Origin: Spirulina sp.
Lineage (GTDB): Bacteria > Cyanobacteriota > Cyanobacteriia > Phormidesmidales > Phormidesmidaceae
Assembly: GCA_044070495.1 (NCBI GenBank)
Contig: JBIPSI010000017.1
Coordinates: 67,094 to 131,093 of the forward strand
Length of the DNA stretch: 64,000 nucleotides
Direction of reading: 5' to 3'
The first letter of the stretch is position 1, and each line of letters begins with the position of its first letter. The translations under genes were made by a program, and so were the position numbers. Below are positions 43,587 to 52,773 of the stretch, piece after piece. The notes below the pieces were generated by a model. The model was not told the origin of the DNA and searched no databases. It saw nothing but the letters and a program-made list of their open reading frames with translations.

Positions 43587-43916
43587 TTAAAGGATGCCGC
43601 TGACTAGCCATTGCCATCCCCAAAAAACGGCCATCCCACCAGCGATGGTAATCAACAGGTTGGGTTGAATCAGGGCCAGGGCTAAACAGGCCCCAGCCCC
43701 AATGAGACGAGCATTTTGCCAGCCTAGGGCCAAGCGGTCTCCATCGGGGAACAACACCGCTGGCACGACGATGGCCGTGAGCACCACCGGGGGCACGTAG
43801 GCCAAGGCCTTCACCCAGGGGGGAGGAAGCAGAATGCGCCCGCTAAAGGCCAGCAAGCTATAGCGAATGGCAAAGGTGAGTACGGCCATGGCCCCCACCA
43901 AAAGCCAATCGTTCAT
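43587..43916 (-). CDS. AzlD-family branched-chain amino acid exporter small subunit
   Basis: TFAIRY, LAYVPPVVLTAIVVP; adjacent to AzlC. Confidence 0.88.
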   Translation of the reverse strand: MNDWLLVGAMAVLTFAIRYSLLAFSGRILLPPPWVKALAYVPPVVLTAIVVPAVLFPDGDRLALGWQNARLIGAGACLALALIQPNLLITIAGGMAVFWGWQWLVSGIL

Positions 43917-43945
43917 GGCCCTACCTCCATGCCCTACCTCCATCG

Positions 43946-44647
43946 TTATCGAGACTTGCCTGGGTACACCTCAAGGCTAAACCCGGTTGCCACCCCAGCC
44001 ACGGCGGCGACCATCAACCCCAACTTGTGGGGCAAGCCGTTGGCAAACACAGCCACCAGCCCCGCGACCCCAATCGCCCCTACCATCGGCCAGCTTTTGG
44101 CGTAGGGGGTAATCATACCGATAAAGGTGGCGACCATGGCAAAATCCAGCCCCCAGGCGGCGGCATTGGGCATCAGTTGCCCCAGGGTGAGGCCCAGCAG
44201 GGTGCAGCCAACCCAGTTGAAGTACATCGTTAGCCCTGCCCCTAGGTAATACCAGTGTTTGTAAGGGCTGGGGTCGGGTTGGGCGTAGCGGCGAATGGCG
44301 ACGGCAAAGGCTTCATCGGTTAAAAGAAAGGCGATGATCCTTTGCCAGCGCGGAGAGAGCGACTGCACGTAGGGCAACAAACTGGCCGCATAGAGGAGAT
44401 GGCGCAGGTTGACCACCAGGGTTGTCAGCACAATTAGCGGTAGGGTGCTGCCCGCCGTCAACAGACCCAGGGCAATGAATTGCGACGACCCGGCAAACAC
44501 AAAGGCCGACATGCCCAGGGTGGCGCTAAAGGAAAGGCCACTGCCCTGGGCTAGGGTGCCAAAAATCAGGCCAAAGGGGATGGCTCCCACCACTAGGGGC
44601 AGAATATCGCGCGCCCCAGCCAACGCCTCTGTCTGGGGGGATGGCAT
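43946..44647 (-). CDS. AzlC-family permease
   Basis: MSAFVFAGSSQF, VNLRHLLY, LTDEAFA, GLDFAM. Confidence 0.92.
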   Translation of the reverse strand: MPSPQTEALAGARDILPLVVGAIPFGLIFGTLAQGSGLSFSATLGMSAFVFAGSSQFIALGLLTAGSTLPLIVLTTLVVNLRHLLYAASLLPYVQSLSPRWQRIIAFLLTDEAFAVAIRRYAQPDPSPYKHWYYLGAGLTMYFNWVGCTLLGLTLGQLMPNAAAWGLDFAMVATFIGMITPYAKSWPMVGAIGVAGLVAVFANGLPHKLGLMVAAVAGVATGFSLEVYPGKSR

Positions 44648-44745
44648 CGTCCCAAGGGTAGGTTGTGCCAACGGAAATCTCCTCTATCGCGGATGACTTC
44701 CCCTATTTTGAGTTAGAAGAGAGAGGAGGTATCCGAGATTTTCCC

Positions 44746-45942
44746 ATGACAGACGCTCCCCGAAACATTTGCATTCTTGGTGGCGGCTTTGGCGGCCTGT
44801 ATACGGCGCTGCGGCTGAGCCAACTGCCCTGGGAGGACAACCCACCCACCATTACTCTGGTGGATCATCGGGATCGCTTTTTGTTTTTGCCGCTACTCTA
44901 CGAACTGGTGACGGGGGAACTGGAAACCTGGGAAGTTGCCCCTCCCTACGAAGAACTGCTGGCCGGTACCCAAATTCGCTTTCGGCAGGCGGAGGTAACG
45001 GGCATTGACTTGGCCCAAAAGCAGGTCAGCCTCAGTCAAGGATCGCCCTTGAATTACGACTACCTCGTCCTCGCCCTGGGGGGCACCACGCCCATGGACA
45101 TGGCCCCCGGTGTGGCGGAGCACGCCCTCGCCTTTCGCACCCTGCAAGACGCCTATCAGTTAAAGGAACGGCTGCGGATTTTGCAGGCTTCTGAGGCCGA
45201 AAAGATCCGCGTGGCGGTGGTGGGCGGCGGCTATAGCGGTGTGGAAGTGGCCTGCAAGGTGGCCGAACACCTGGGGGAACGGGGCCGAGTGCGCCTGGTG
45301 GAACGCACGGATATGATTTTGCGGGCCTCCCCAGAGCACAACCGCCAGGTAGCCCAAAAGGTGCTCTCCGACCTAGGCGTGTGGGTGGATTTAGAAACCG
45401 CCGTAGACAACGTCACCGCCGATACCATCAGCCTCACCTTCCGTGACCAAACCGATATTCTGCCCGTGGATGTGGTGCTGTGGACCGTGGGCACCCGCGT
45501 TAACGACATCGTCGCCCACCTGCCCCTGAAGCACAACGAACGGCAGCAAGTCGTCGTGCAGCCCACCTTAGAAGCGGTGGATCACCCCGGCATCTACGCC
45601 CTAGGCGATTTGGCCGACTGCCGCGATGCCGAGGGCCAACAAATGCCCACCACCGCCCAAGTCGCTCTGCAACAAGCCGACTTTGTGGGCTGGAACATCT
45701 GGGCTGCGATGACGGATCGGCCTCAACTGCCCTTCCGCTACCGCCACCTGGGAGAGATGATCACCCTCGGCACCCACCGCGCCACCCTTACCGGGCTAGG
45801 CATTGAACTAGAGGGCGAACTGGCCCATGTGGCCCGCCGACTGGCCTACCTCTACCGCATGCCCACCCTCTCCCACCAAATCCGAGTCGGGCTAAACTGG
45901 ATGACCCAACCCCTCCGGGACGTACTGTCCTCAATTTCGTGA
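44746..45942 (+). CDS. Type II NAD(P)H:quinone oxidoreductase (NdbB-like)
   Basis: GGGFGG, FLFLPLLYE, GGGYSGVE, ALGD, TAQVALQQ. Confidence 0.85.
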   Translation: MTDAPRNICILGGGFGGLYTALRLSQLPWEDNPPTITLVDHRDRFLFLPLLYELVTGELETWEVAPPYEELLAGTQIRFRQAEVTGIDLAQKQVSLSQGSPLNYDYLVLALGGTTPMDMAPGVAEHALAFRTLQDAYQLKERLRILQASEAEKIRVAVVGGGYSGVEVACKVAEHLGERGRVRLVERTDMILRASPEHNRQVAQKVLSDLGVWVDLETAVDNVTADTISLTFRDQTDILPVDVVLWTVGTRVNDIVAHLPLKHNERQQVVVQPTLEAVDHPGIYALGDLADCRDAEGQQMPTTAQVALQQADFVGWNIWAAMTDRPQLPFRYRHLGEMITLGTHRATLTGLGIELEGELAHVARRLAYLYRMPTLSHQIRVGLNWMTQPLRDVLSSIS

Positions 45943-46012
45943 CCGTGATCCCGACCGTCCTAGCGTGACTGTCATCCTGTAGCCGTGATCCCGTGACCGT
46001 GATCCCGTGACC
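45938..46012. repeat. Degenerate tandem repeat (CGTGACCGTGATCC-like)
   Basis: Seen directly after the oxidoreductase stop. Confidence 0.65.
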
Positions 46013-46073
46013 CTATGGCCGTCATCCTGCGACGCTTATCCCATAACTTCCCTACTGTGACGATCCTCCAGCC

Positions 46074-46727
46074 ATGACCTACACCCCTCTGCCCCAAGTC
46101 ATTTTTCTCGACGCCGTTGGCACCCTCTTTGGGGTGGCGGGTAGTGTAGGAGATATTTACACCGACATCGCCCAGCGCCACGGGGTTACTGCCGATCCCC
46201 AGGTACTCAATCAAGCCTTTTTCCGTACCTTCAGCGCCGCCCCAGAAATGGCCTTCCCCGGCTGCGACCCCACCACCATTCCCCAGCGGGAATACCAGTG
46301 GTGGCGGGTGCTGGCCCAACAAACCTTCAGCAGCGCCGGGGTAATTGACCAATTCGTCGATTTCGATAGCTTCTTTGCCGACCTCTATGCCCACTTTGCC
46401 ACCGCCGCCCCCTGGAAGGTCTACCCCGATGTGCCCGTGGCCCTGCAACGCTGGCAGCGGCGCGGCATTGAGCTCGGCATTATTTCCAATTTTGATTCCC
46501 GTTTATATCGTGTCCTAGAAGCCTTGCACCTGGCCGATTTTTTTCAGTCCGTCACCATTTCCTCCGAAGTCGGAGCGGCCAAACCAAGCTCGCAAATCTT
46601 TGAGATGGCCCTGCAAAAACATCGCTGCGACCCGTCCCAAGCCTGGCACCTCGGCGACAGCGAAGAGGATGACTTCCATGGTGCCAAGGCCGCTGGCCTC
46701 TGGGGCGTTTGGCTACAGCGACCCTAG
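46074..46727 (+). CDS. HAD-IA family hydrolase
   Basis: DAVGTL, ISNFD, KP, GDS..DD..GA. Confidence 0.9.
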   Translation: MTYTPLPQVIFLDAVGTLFGVAGSVGDIYTDIAQRHGVTADPQVLNQAFFRTFSAAPEMAFPGCDPTTIPQREYQWWRVLAQQTFSSAGVIDQFVDFDSFFADLYAHFATAAPWKVYPDVPVALQRWQRRGIELGIISNFDSRLYRVLEALHLADFFQSVTISSEVGAAKPSSQIFEMALQKHRCDPSQAWHLGDSEEDDFHGAKAAGLWGVWLQRP

Positions 46728-46891
46728 GCAAACTCAGCACCCCCCAGAACCTCCACGAGACAGGCCCCCTAATGCCGTGAGGTAACATACCCTACAGGCA
46801 TTGAGGGAATATTCCCATCGCAAGCTATAGCCCTATGGGCTACTCTGAAATAAATTTCAAATAAAAAACACCTTTCGATGTCTGAAACCTA

Positions 46892-46963
<72 letters not shown>

Positions 46964-46973
46964 AAAACGTGGA

Positions 46974-47055
46974 TGGGCCGGGCTGGATTCGAACCAGCGT
47001 AGGCGTAGCCAGCGGATTTACAGTCCGCCCCCATTAACCACTCGGGCACCGACCC
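46974..47055 (-). tRNA. tRNA-Tyr(GTA)
   Basis: GGGTCGGTGCCCGAGTGGTTAATGGGGGCGGACTGTAAATCCGC...GGTTCGAATCCAGCCCGGCCCA with long variable arm. Confidence 0.97.
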
Positions 47056-47172
47056 GCCCTATCCACGGTTATACATCCTAGCATGGAAGATGACGGGTCT
47101 TTAGCAACGGGTGAGAGAATTTTGAGTATTTTTTTGGAATTTACCTAGGACATGGCTCTGGATAGGGTTTTA

Positions 47173-47334
47173 GAGTAGTCCAATTAATAAATCATCCAGG
47201 CTGGCCCTCGTCCCCCAACCCCTTCTCCCTAGGGAGAAGGGGAGCCGGATTCAGAACCCCTCTCCCTGAGGGAGAGGGGCAGGGGTGAGGGCGGATGGTT
47301 ATGACAAGTGGATAGTTATTTCCATGGAGTACTC
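47173..47334. mobile_element. 162-bp MITE-like element with TTA duplication, carrying a CCCTCTCCC-type repeat
   Basis: TTA|GAGTAGTCCA..AATAAATCATCCA ... TGGATAGTTATT..TGGAGTACTC|TTA. Confidence 0.7.
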
Positions 47335-47394
47335 TTAGCGGATCATTCTGACCCCATTCCCCTTGCGATCTGGGGTTCCCCTTGCGGTTAGGGG

Positions 47395-47793
47395 CTAGCC
47401 GCGCACCAGCCAGTGCAGCACCCAGCCCCCCACCAAACCGAGGCCCCCGTAGCGCACCGCCTGCCAGAAGGGCTCCTGCAACTGCCGCCAGCTCAGCAGA
47501 TGACTGGCTAGGCTGATCTCAAACTCGTCTACGGCCTGCTGAAGTTGGTTGAGTTCCGCTTGGGCCTCGGCCCGCTGGGTTTCCGCTTGGTCGGGAGACT
47601 CGACGATGCTTTGAAGCTGTCGAATATTGCTGATCCCCGTTTTTAGGTGGTGGATCCGGGCTTCGAGGTGGTCGGCTTGGGTGCCGAGATCGCCCAGGGT
47701 GGGGGATGGTTCCGAGGATGGCGGCTCTAGGGCTCCGCGTTGGGAATGGGGCCAGGGGCCAGGTTGATACCGTTGCCGATAACCGAACTTCAT
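47395..47793 (-). CDS. Hypothetical coiled-coil protein with C-terminal TM
   Basis: Coiled coil then FWQAVRYGGLGLVGGW tail. Confidence 0.7.
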   Translation of the reverse strand: MKFGYRQRYQPGPWPHSQRGALEPPSSEPSPTLGDLGTQADHLEARIHHLKTGISNIRQLQSIVESPDQAETQRAEAQAELNQLQQAVDEFEISLASHLLSWRQLQEPFWQAVRYGGLGLVGGWVLHWLVRG

Positions 47794-47846
47794 CGTGCAC
47801 AATGGGAAAAAGGTCTACCTTAGTTAACCCCATTGGCTGAACCCCT

Positions 47847-48197
47847 ATGACGTTTTCGAGCACGGCTAAGGCTACGCAGGCTCCCCAGACCCCAGCGGCG
47901 ATAGCGGCGTTGTCCGATCTAGAACTGGCTCAGGTGCTTGCCCAGCGATTGGCCATCAAACCCAACGACTGGCACCGACTGAATCGAAACCGCCAGGTGC
48001 GAGCCCAGGAGCAGTTGGCGGCGGCTCTCGTTTATCTGCTCAGTCAGCAACCCGACGAAGCCACGCCCAGGGTTGAGCAGGCCCTTGGGTGGCTGAACCG
48101 CAGCGTGACGGCCCCACCCTGCCCTACCCATGGTGCAGCAAAAGCCAAGCCCAAAACCCTGGATTCAGGGGAGCCCGCGCATGGGGAGTCAGCCTAG
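47847..48197 (+). CDS. Conserved cyanobacterial hypothetical protein (DUF6439-like)
   Basis: DWHRL..NR..RA.EQLAAAL and PPCPTHG motifs. Confidence 0.7.
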   Translation: MTFSSTAKATQAPQTPAAIAALSDLELAQVLAQRLAIKPNDWHRLNRNRQVRAQEQLAAALVYLLSQQPDEATPRVEQALGWLNRSVTAPPCPTHGAAKAKPKTLDSGEPAHGESA

Positions 48198-48236
48198 GGC
48201 CGCCCAAACTGCCGCCGACCGGCCTAGATTGGGGTT

Positions 48237-49796
48237 TTAGCTCAGCTTAGTAAGGAACTTGAGCAGGCCTTGGGTGCGGGGGGTGAGCAGGGTGCGGCGG
48301 TAGGCGTCGGCGGCTTTTTTGATCGCCTCGGCCTGGGTGGGGTAGGGGTGGATGACGCCGCTGATTGCGCTGAGGCCCTGCCCGGTGGTGATGGCGAGGG
48401 TGAGTTCGCTGATCATTTCTCCGGCGTGGCGGGCGACGATGGTGGCCCCCAGAATTTGGTCGGAACCTTGTTTGTGGAGAATTTTCACAAAGCCCTCGGT
48501 TTCGCCATCGGCCAAGGCCCGATCTACGCTGGAGAAGGGAATTTTGATGGTGTCGTAGGCGATGCCCTGCCGCTGGGCTTCGTGGGCATAGAGGCCGACG
48601 TGGGCGATTTCGGGGTCGGTGTAGGTCACCCAGGGCATTACCAGGCTGCTGAGCTTGCTGCGACCGAGGCCAAAGGGGGCAAACAGGGCGTTTTTAATGA
48701 CGATCCGGGCGGCGGCATCGGCGGCGTGGGTAAACTTCCAGTCCATACAAATGTCGCCAGCGGCAAAGATGCGCGGGTTGCTGGTTTGCAGATAGTCGTT
48801 GACGATTACCCCCCGGCGGGCATCATACTCGACCCCCACCGCCTCCAAGTTGAGGCCCTCCACATTGGGCACCCGCCCCGCCCCGATCAGAATGTCGTCT
48901 ACTTCGATGGATTGGGCCTCTGCCGAAGTTCCCTTTGGACGGTAGTAAAGGCGCTTACCCGTTGGGGTAGCTTCGACCCGATCCAACTCCACATCCAGTA
49001 GCAGGTTGATGGCTTCTTGGCGGAACCGTTGTTGGACGATCTCCGCCGCCTCGGCCTCTTCTCGGTTGAGCAGGTGGCTGTGGTGGTGCAACAGGCTGAC
49101 CTGGCTACCCAAACGGTGGAAAGCCTGGGCCAGTTCGCAGCCGATGGGGCCACCGCCAATCACCGCTAGGCGCGGGGGCAGTTCGGTGAGGGAAAACACC
49201 GTTTCGTTGGTCAAAAATCCGGCCTCGGCCAGTCCTGGTACCGAGGGCCGATGGGCACGGGCTCCGGTGGCAATCACCGCTTTTTTGAAGGGCAGCCGCT
49301 GATCGCCCACCTGAATGGTTTCCCCATCCACAAACCGAGCGGATCCTAGAAATACGTCGATGCCCAGTTTGCTGAACCGCTCCACGGAATCGTGGTGGCT
49401 GATGCCCGCCCGAATTTGGCGCATCCGCTCCATCACCGCCGCAAAATCCACCTGCACCGACTCCGGCGGCTGAATGCCAAAGGGCGCGGCCTCCCGCATG
49501 TCCGCCACCACCCGCGACGACCGAATCACGCACTTAGAGGGCACACAGCCCACGTTCAAACAATCGCCCCCCATCAGGCTTTTTTCGATCAGGGCCACCT
49601 TTAGGCCCAAGCCTAAACCCGCCGCCCCCGCCGCCACCACCAGGCCAGCGGTACCCGCTCCAATCACCACCAGGTCGTAGCGGGGGGCTGGAGTAGGGTT
49701 CGCCCAATGGGCGGGATGGACGGCATCGCGCAGGGTTTGGTTATACCGATCCAACGGCAGCAGGGCGGGTTCGATATCAAAGGAATGGGCAGTCAT
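48237..49796 (-). CDS. Pyridine nucleotide-disulfide oxidoreductase ('mercuric reductase'-like)
   Basis: GAGTAG, GGDCLNVGCVPSK, GGGPIG, HPYPTQAE; no C-terminal Cys-Cys. Confidence 0.88.
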   Translation of the reverse strand: MTAHSFDIEPALLPLDRYNQTLRDAVHPAHWANPTPAPRYDLVVIGAGTAGLVVAAGAAGLGLGLKVALIEKSLMGGDCLNVGCVPSKCVIRSSRVVADMREAAPFGIQPPESVQVDFAAVMERMRQIRAGISHHDSVERFSKLGIDVFLGSARFVDGETIQVGDQRLPFKKAVIATGARAHRPSVPGLAEAGFLTNETVFSLTELPPRLAVIGGGPIGCELAQAFHRLGSQVSLLHHHSHLLNREEAEAAEIVQQRFRQEAINLLLDVELDRVEATPTGKRLYYRPKGTSAEAQSIEVDDILIGAGRVPNVEGLNLEAVGVEYDARRGVIVNDYLQTSNPRIFAAGDICMDWKFTHAADAAARIVIKNALFAPFGLGRSKLSSLVMPWVTYTDPEIAHVGLYAHEAQRQGIAYDTIKIPFSSVDRALADGETEGFVKILHKQGSDQILGATIVARHAGEMISELTLAITTGQGLSAISGVIHPYPTQAEAIKKAADAYRRTLLTPRTQGLLKFLTKLS

Positions 49797-49930
49797 AACA
49801 ACACGCTAGTAGTAAAGATCAACAGCCTCGTAGGGTGGGCACCGCCCACCATGCCAACAACATTTAGCCGACAACACTCACCTCGTCGCCCTAGGTCTAA
49901 CCCTATCCCACAGCCTTGCGACAGTCGTCC

Positions 49931-50749
49931 TCATGGCATCTCATCCCCAGCAGAAACGGGTGGCACCGTTTGCTGCAAGACCCGGTTGGCATAGCGGCTG
50001 ATCATCACCGTCACCGCAGCGGTGGCCAACAGCCCCACCCCATGCAGCCCCATCTGCAACCCCTGGGCCGAAGCCGACATGGGATGGGCGGTTTCGAGGG
50101 TGGCCACATCGCCAATTAGCGCCCCCAGGTAAACGTAGAGCACCGTACCCGGCAGCATTCCCAGGGAACCAATCAGGTAGTGGGGCAGCGAGACACGGGT
50201 GACCCCGTAGGCATAGTTCAGCAAATTAAAGGGCAGCAGGGGCGACAGGCGGGTCAGGAACACCAGCTTAGCCCCCGACTGCATCACCGCCGCATCCAAA
50301 ATTTGGAAATGACGATGGCGACGCAACCGCCGACATACCGCCCCCTTCGCCCAGTAACGACCGATGGCAAAGGCGAGGGTTGCCCCCAACAGGGCCGCCA
50401 CCGTGGCATAGACCGACCCCCAAACCACACCGTAGATCGCCCCGCCGCTGAGGGTCAGCAAGGCCCCTGGCAGCAGCAATACCGTGGCCAGGTTGTAGAT
50501 CACCACATAGCCAATCACCCCCATCATGCCCTGGGCCTGAATCCAGACTAGAACGCTACACAGGGCGCGGCAGATCAGGGCTGGACGTAGCCCCAAACCC
50601 ATCAGCAGGGCCAATCCCAGGCCCAGGCCGACATACAGCCAGAATCGGTTAGATTTCGGGGTCTTTGGGGTCAATTCTGGAATAGATTTCGGGGTGGATT
50701 CGGGGTTGGATTGCGGGGATGACCTAACCACAGCGTCCGATGCCTCCAA
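49931..50749 (-). CDS. TVP38/TMEM64 (DedA-like) membrane protein
   Basis: LPGALLTL.GG, RLSPLLPFNLLNYAYG, GMLPGT. Confidence 0.9.
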   Translation of the reverse strand: MEASDAVVRSSPQSNPESTPKSIPELTPKTPKSNRFWLYVGLGLGLALLMGLGLRPALICRALCSVLVWIQAQGMMGVIGYVVIYNLATVLLLPGALLTLSGGAIYGVVWGSVYATVAALLGATLAFAIGRYWAKGAVCRRLRRHRHFQILDAAVMQSGAKLVFLTRLSPLLPFNLLNYAYGVTRVSLPHYLIGSLGMLPGTVLYVYLGALIGDVATLETAHPMSASAQGLQMGLHGVGLLATAAVTVMISRYANRVLQQTVPPVSAGDEMP

Positions 50750-50820
50750 TGCTGTCCCTACCGTAGCTAGCTTCCCTGAGAATGGGCTGAGATCCAGCGG
50801 AAAAATTCCCTAGCCACAGT

Positions 50821-51420
50821 CTCAGGACAGGGACAAAAGTTGAAGCACCTGGTCGAACTCGGCAGACCCTAGGGCCAGATCGCAGCAGGTACGGCGAAGA
50901 AAGTCACAACCGTAGCGGAAAAGACACTTGGCCCTGCGGCCATGGGATTTGATGGCGATGGGGTGATGCTGATGGTGCCAGAGTCCGGTGAGCATGGCCC
51001 AGCAAAGGACCCATTCGTGCGGTCGAGACTCAATGTCCAGGGTTGAGGTATCTGGCTTCAACTCACCATCGACCGGGCAATATCATCGAAATCCACCGGA
51101 AACTCCCGCAAAAACTGGGTCAGACGCTTGTAGCTCGACTCCGGTTTTGCCCGATTGGCAAACACCGATGACAGCTTATCTAGGTTCACCGTCTCCACCC
51201 GGAATAGGGCCACCAGAAACAGGGCTAGAAACGTCAGACGGGCACCATGCCAGGGTAGATGAGGGCACAGGGCCGCTTGAAGTCGGTTAATCTGAGTCAT
51301 GGGGATGGCCTAGCTAAGGTTGTGCTTAATCTCTAGCTCACCTCCCTCTTCCTCAGTCTGTCAACCCCTCCACAGGGAAGGCTTTCAGCCCCTCACCCCA
51401 AGTTTTGTCCCTGTACCGTG
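50821..51420 (-). mobile_element. Internally deleted IS4-family element (~600 bp) with both TIRs
   Basis: Ends CTCAGGACAGGGACAAAA and TTTTGTCCCTGTACCGTG share a perfect 12-bp core; encloses transposase fragments. Confidence 0.75.
50822..51300 (-). pseudogene. IS4-family transposase remnant: N- and C-terminal fragments, DDE core deleted
   Basis: N-term WHGARLTFL..VNL..A..ESSYKRL (51058-51300) and C-term IKSHGRRAKCLFRYG (50822-51061) lie in different frames. Confidence 0.8.
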
Positions 51421-51608
51421 TTTCCAGTCGTATATACATTTCGACATGTTGAGCAGCATTCAGAGCAAAACCTTTGTTCAAGGATAGCCTGCTCAACAAG
51501 CTTCGTCCTATTGCTCCGATGAATCGTAGAATTGATCGACTCAGCTTTCCTTAGATGATTACACCTCAAAAAGTGTCCTCAAGGAGAGCCAAACCGACAG
51601 CAACCGCT

Positions 51609-51695
51609 GGCTAACGTTCCCAACCAGCGGCGGCAGATAACCCCGAACTCAGCATCAGCAGCTTTCGTCCGTCCGCTGCGTTGGGGGTGTTAGAC
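51609..51695 (-). other. attC recombination site (87 bp)
   Basis: Minus strand: R'' GTCTAAC..CCCAAC[G]CAGC GG[A]CGG ... CCGCC GCTGGTTGGG AAC GTTAGCC R'; two extrahelical bases. Confidence 0.85.
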
Positions 51696-51846
51696 CGTGC
51701 TTCCGCGACAAATTCACAACTTTTCTGCCACTCTCAGCTTGTTGCTTTTGCAAATCAGCAAAAAGTGCTTTTAAATTATGGTTGAATGACCGTGAATAAT
51801 CTTCACGGATTCTGTGAATTTCTTCCACAATGGCATCTTGATACAT
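51655..51846 (-). CDS. Small protein downstream of a PIN gene (putative antitoxin); C-terminus reads into attC
   Basis: MYQDAIVEEIHRIRE..FNHNLKALFADLQK; starts 2 nt after the PIN stop. Confidence 0.7.
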   Translation of the reverse strand: MYQDAIVEEIHRIREDYSRSFNHNLKALFADLQKQQAESGRKVVNLSRKHGLTPPTQRTDESC

Positions 51847-51848
51847 AG

Positions 51849-52322
51849 TTAATCTCCAAGCAGTTCATAGGGTGTACAAAGAATCGGCAACTCATACCCA
51901 GAATCGAAACTGATCTCTGCCAATTTCTTCTGAATTTGAGCATTAGCTATATGCTTGCAGTTCCATGTGAGCAAATAATCCATCCCATGAATTGTTGCGG
52001 CTGCGATGTGAACAGCGTCAACGTCGGCTTTTGCATGAAGACTGCTACGTTCCAGAAATTGCTCTGCTAAGTTAAGGACGGACTGATTCAGTTCGAGCAA
52101 TTCAAAATCACGAATAATTTCGAGTCGTTGGGCTGCGATTTGAGCATCCCCTAGGGAAGTTTCCTTCACGACTGCTTGGGAGGAGTAGAGTTGAAAGTCA
52201 CTGCGGCGCGCATCCCACCACTCCCTCGTTATCTCAATATTGGCAGCCACAACAAGATCTCTGCTGGGTCGAGCAGTCAGGTAACCTAAAATACTGGTTT
52301 CGATGTAAACCGTTTCACTCAT
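51849..52322 (-). CDS. PIN-domain (VapC-like) protein
   Basis: VYIETSI, DAVHIAAA, DYLLTWNCKHIAN, ICTPYEL-type tail. Confidence 0.85.
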   Translation of the reverse strand: MSETVYIETSILGYLTARPSRDLVVAANIEITREWWDARRSDFQLYSSQAVVKETSLGDAQIAAQRLEIIRDFELLELNQSVLNLAEQFLERSSLHAKADVDAVHIAAATIHGMDYLLTWNCKHIANAQIQKKLAEISFDSGYELPILCTPYELLGD

Positions 52323-52354
52323 GCAAAAGATAGGCGGCAACTTTTTCTATTTTA

Positions 52355-52395
52355 ATTCACACGGTTGCTCGTCCGACTCAGAGGCTATGTTAGCT
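52355..52395 (-). other. Truncated attC (left half only)
   Basis: Minus strand: AGCTAAC ATAGC CTCTGAGT CGG[A]CG...; R'' AGCTAAC is the complement of GTTAGCT at the start of this cassette; no matching L'/R' seen. Confidence 0.6.
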
Positions 52396-52440
52396 TACGT
52401 CCGCTACCCGCGAGAGGGATTGCTTAGTATTGGCTAAAGC

Positions 52441-52476
52441 TGTAGGTTAGGTTTCGTGCGCTCAACCCAATCTACA
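52441..52476. repeat. GTAG-type REP-like palindrome inside a cassette
   Basis: TGTAGGTTAGGTT TCGTGCGCTC AACCCAATCTACA. Confidence 0.6.
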
Positions 52477-52542
52477 AGATCAGCTGTCGCACTGTGAGCT
52501 ATCCAGGCTAAACTCGCTTCTGTTTCTCACGCCACCAAGCAA

Positions 52543-52773
52543 TCATTCTATGTACGCCTGAGCACCGACGGCAATTAACCCCATTTTCAGGTCTTCCGCT
52601 TCGTCGCGAGAACAACCGGCTTTTATCACAACGGCTTTGCCGGCATCACAACTTTCCACCAGAGCTTTCGACTCGCTCAAAGAATTCCCTAAGCGCTCCT
52701 TAACAAACTTAATTACCGCCAACTTCTCGTTGCCAATATCTGCCAACTTTACAACATAAGAATCTTGGGTCAT
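52543..52773 (-). CDS. Stand-alone ribosomal protein L7/L12 C-terminal-domain protein (76 aa)
   Basis: VVKLADIGNEKLAVIKFVKERLGNSLSESKALVES...VIKAGCSRDEAEDLKMGLIAVGA parallels the bL12 CTD (K..VIK.VR...GL.L.EAK.LVE...K..AE..K..L...GA); AAGGAG SD. Confidence 0.8.
   Translation of the reverse strand: MTQDSYVVKLADIGNEKLAVIKFVKERLGNSLSESKALVESCDAGKAVVIKAGCSRDEAEDLKMGLIAVGAQAYIE

Noticed and set aside
48237..49796. merA symbol
   Set aside because: Lacks the C-terminal Cys pair and any mer operon context.
52543..52773. Bona fide rplL gene
   Set aside because: Only the C-terminal domain is present, it is divergent, and it sits in a cassette rather than the rplJ-rplL operon.
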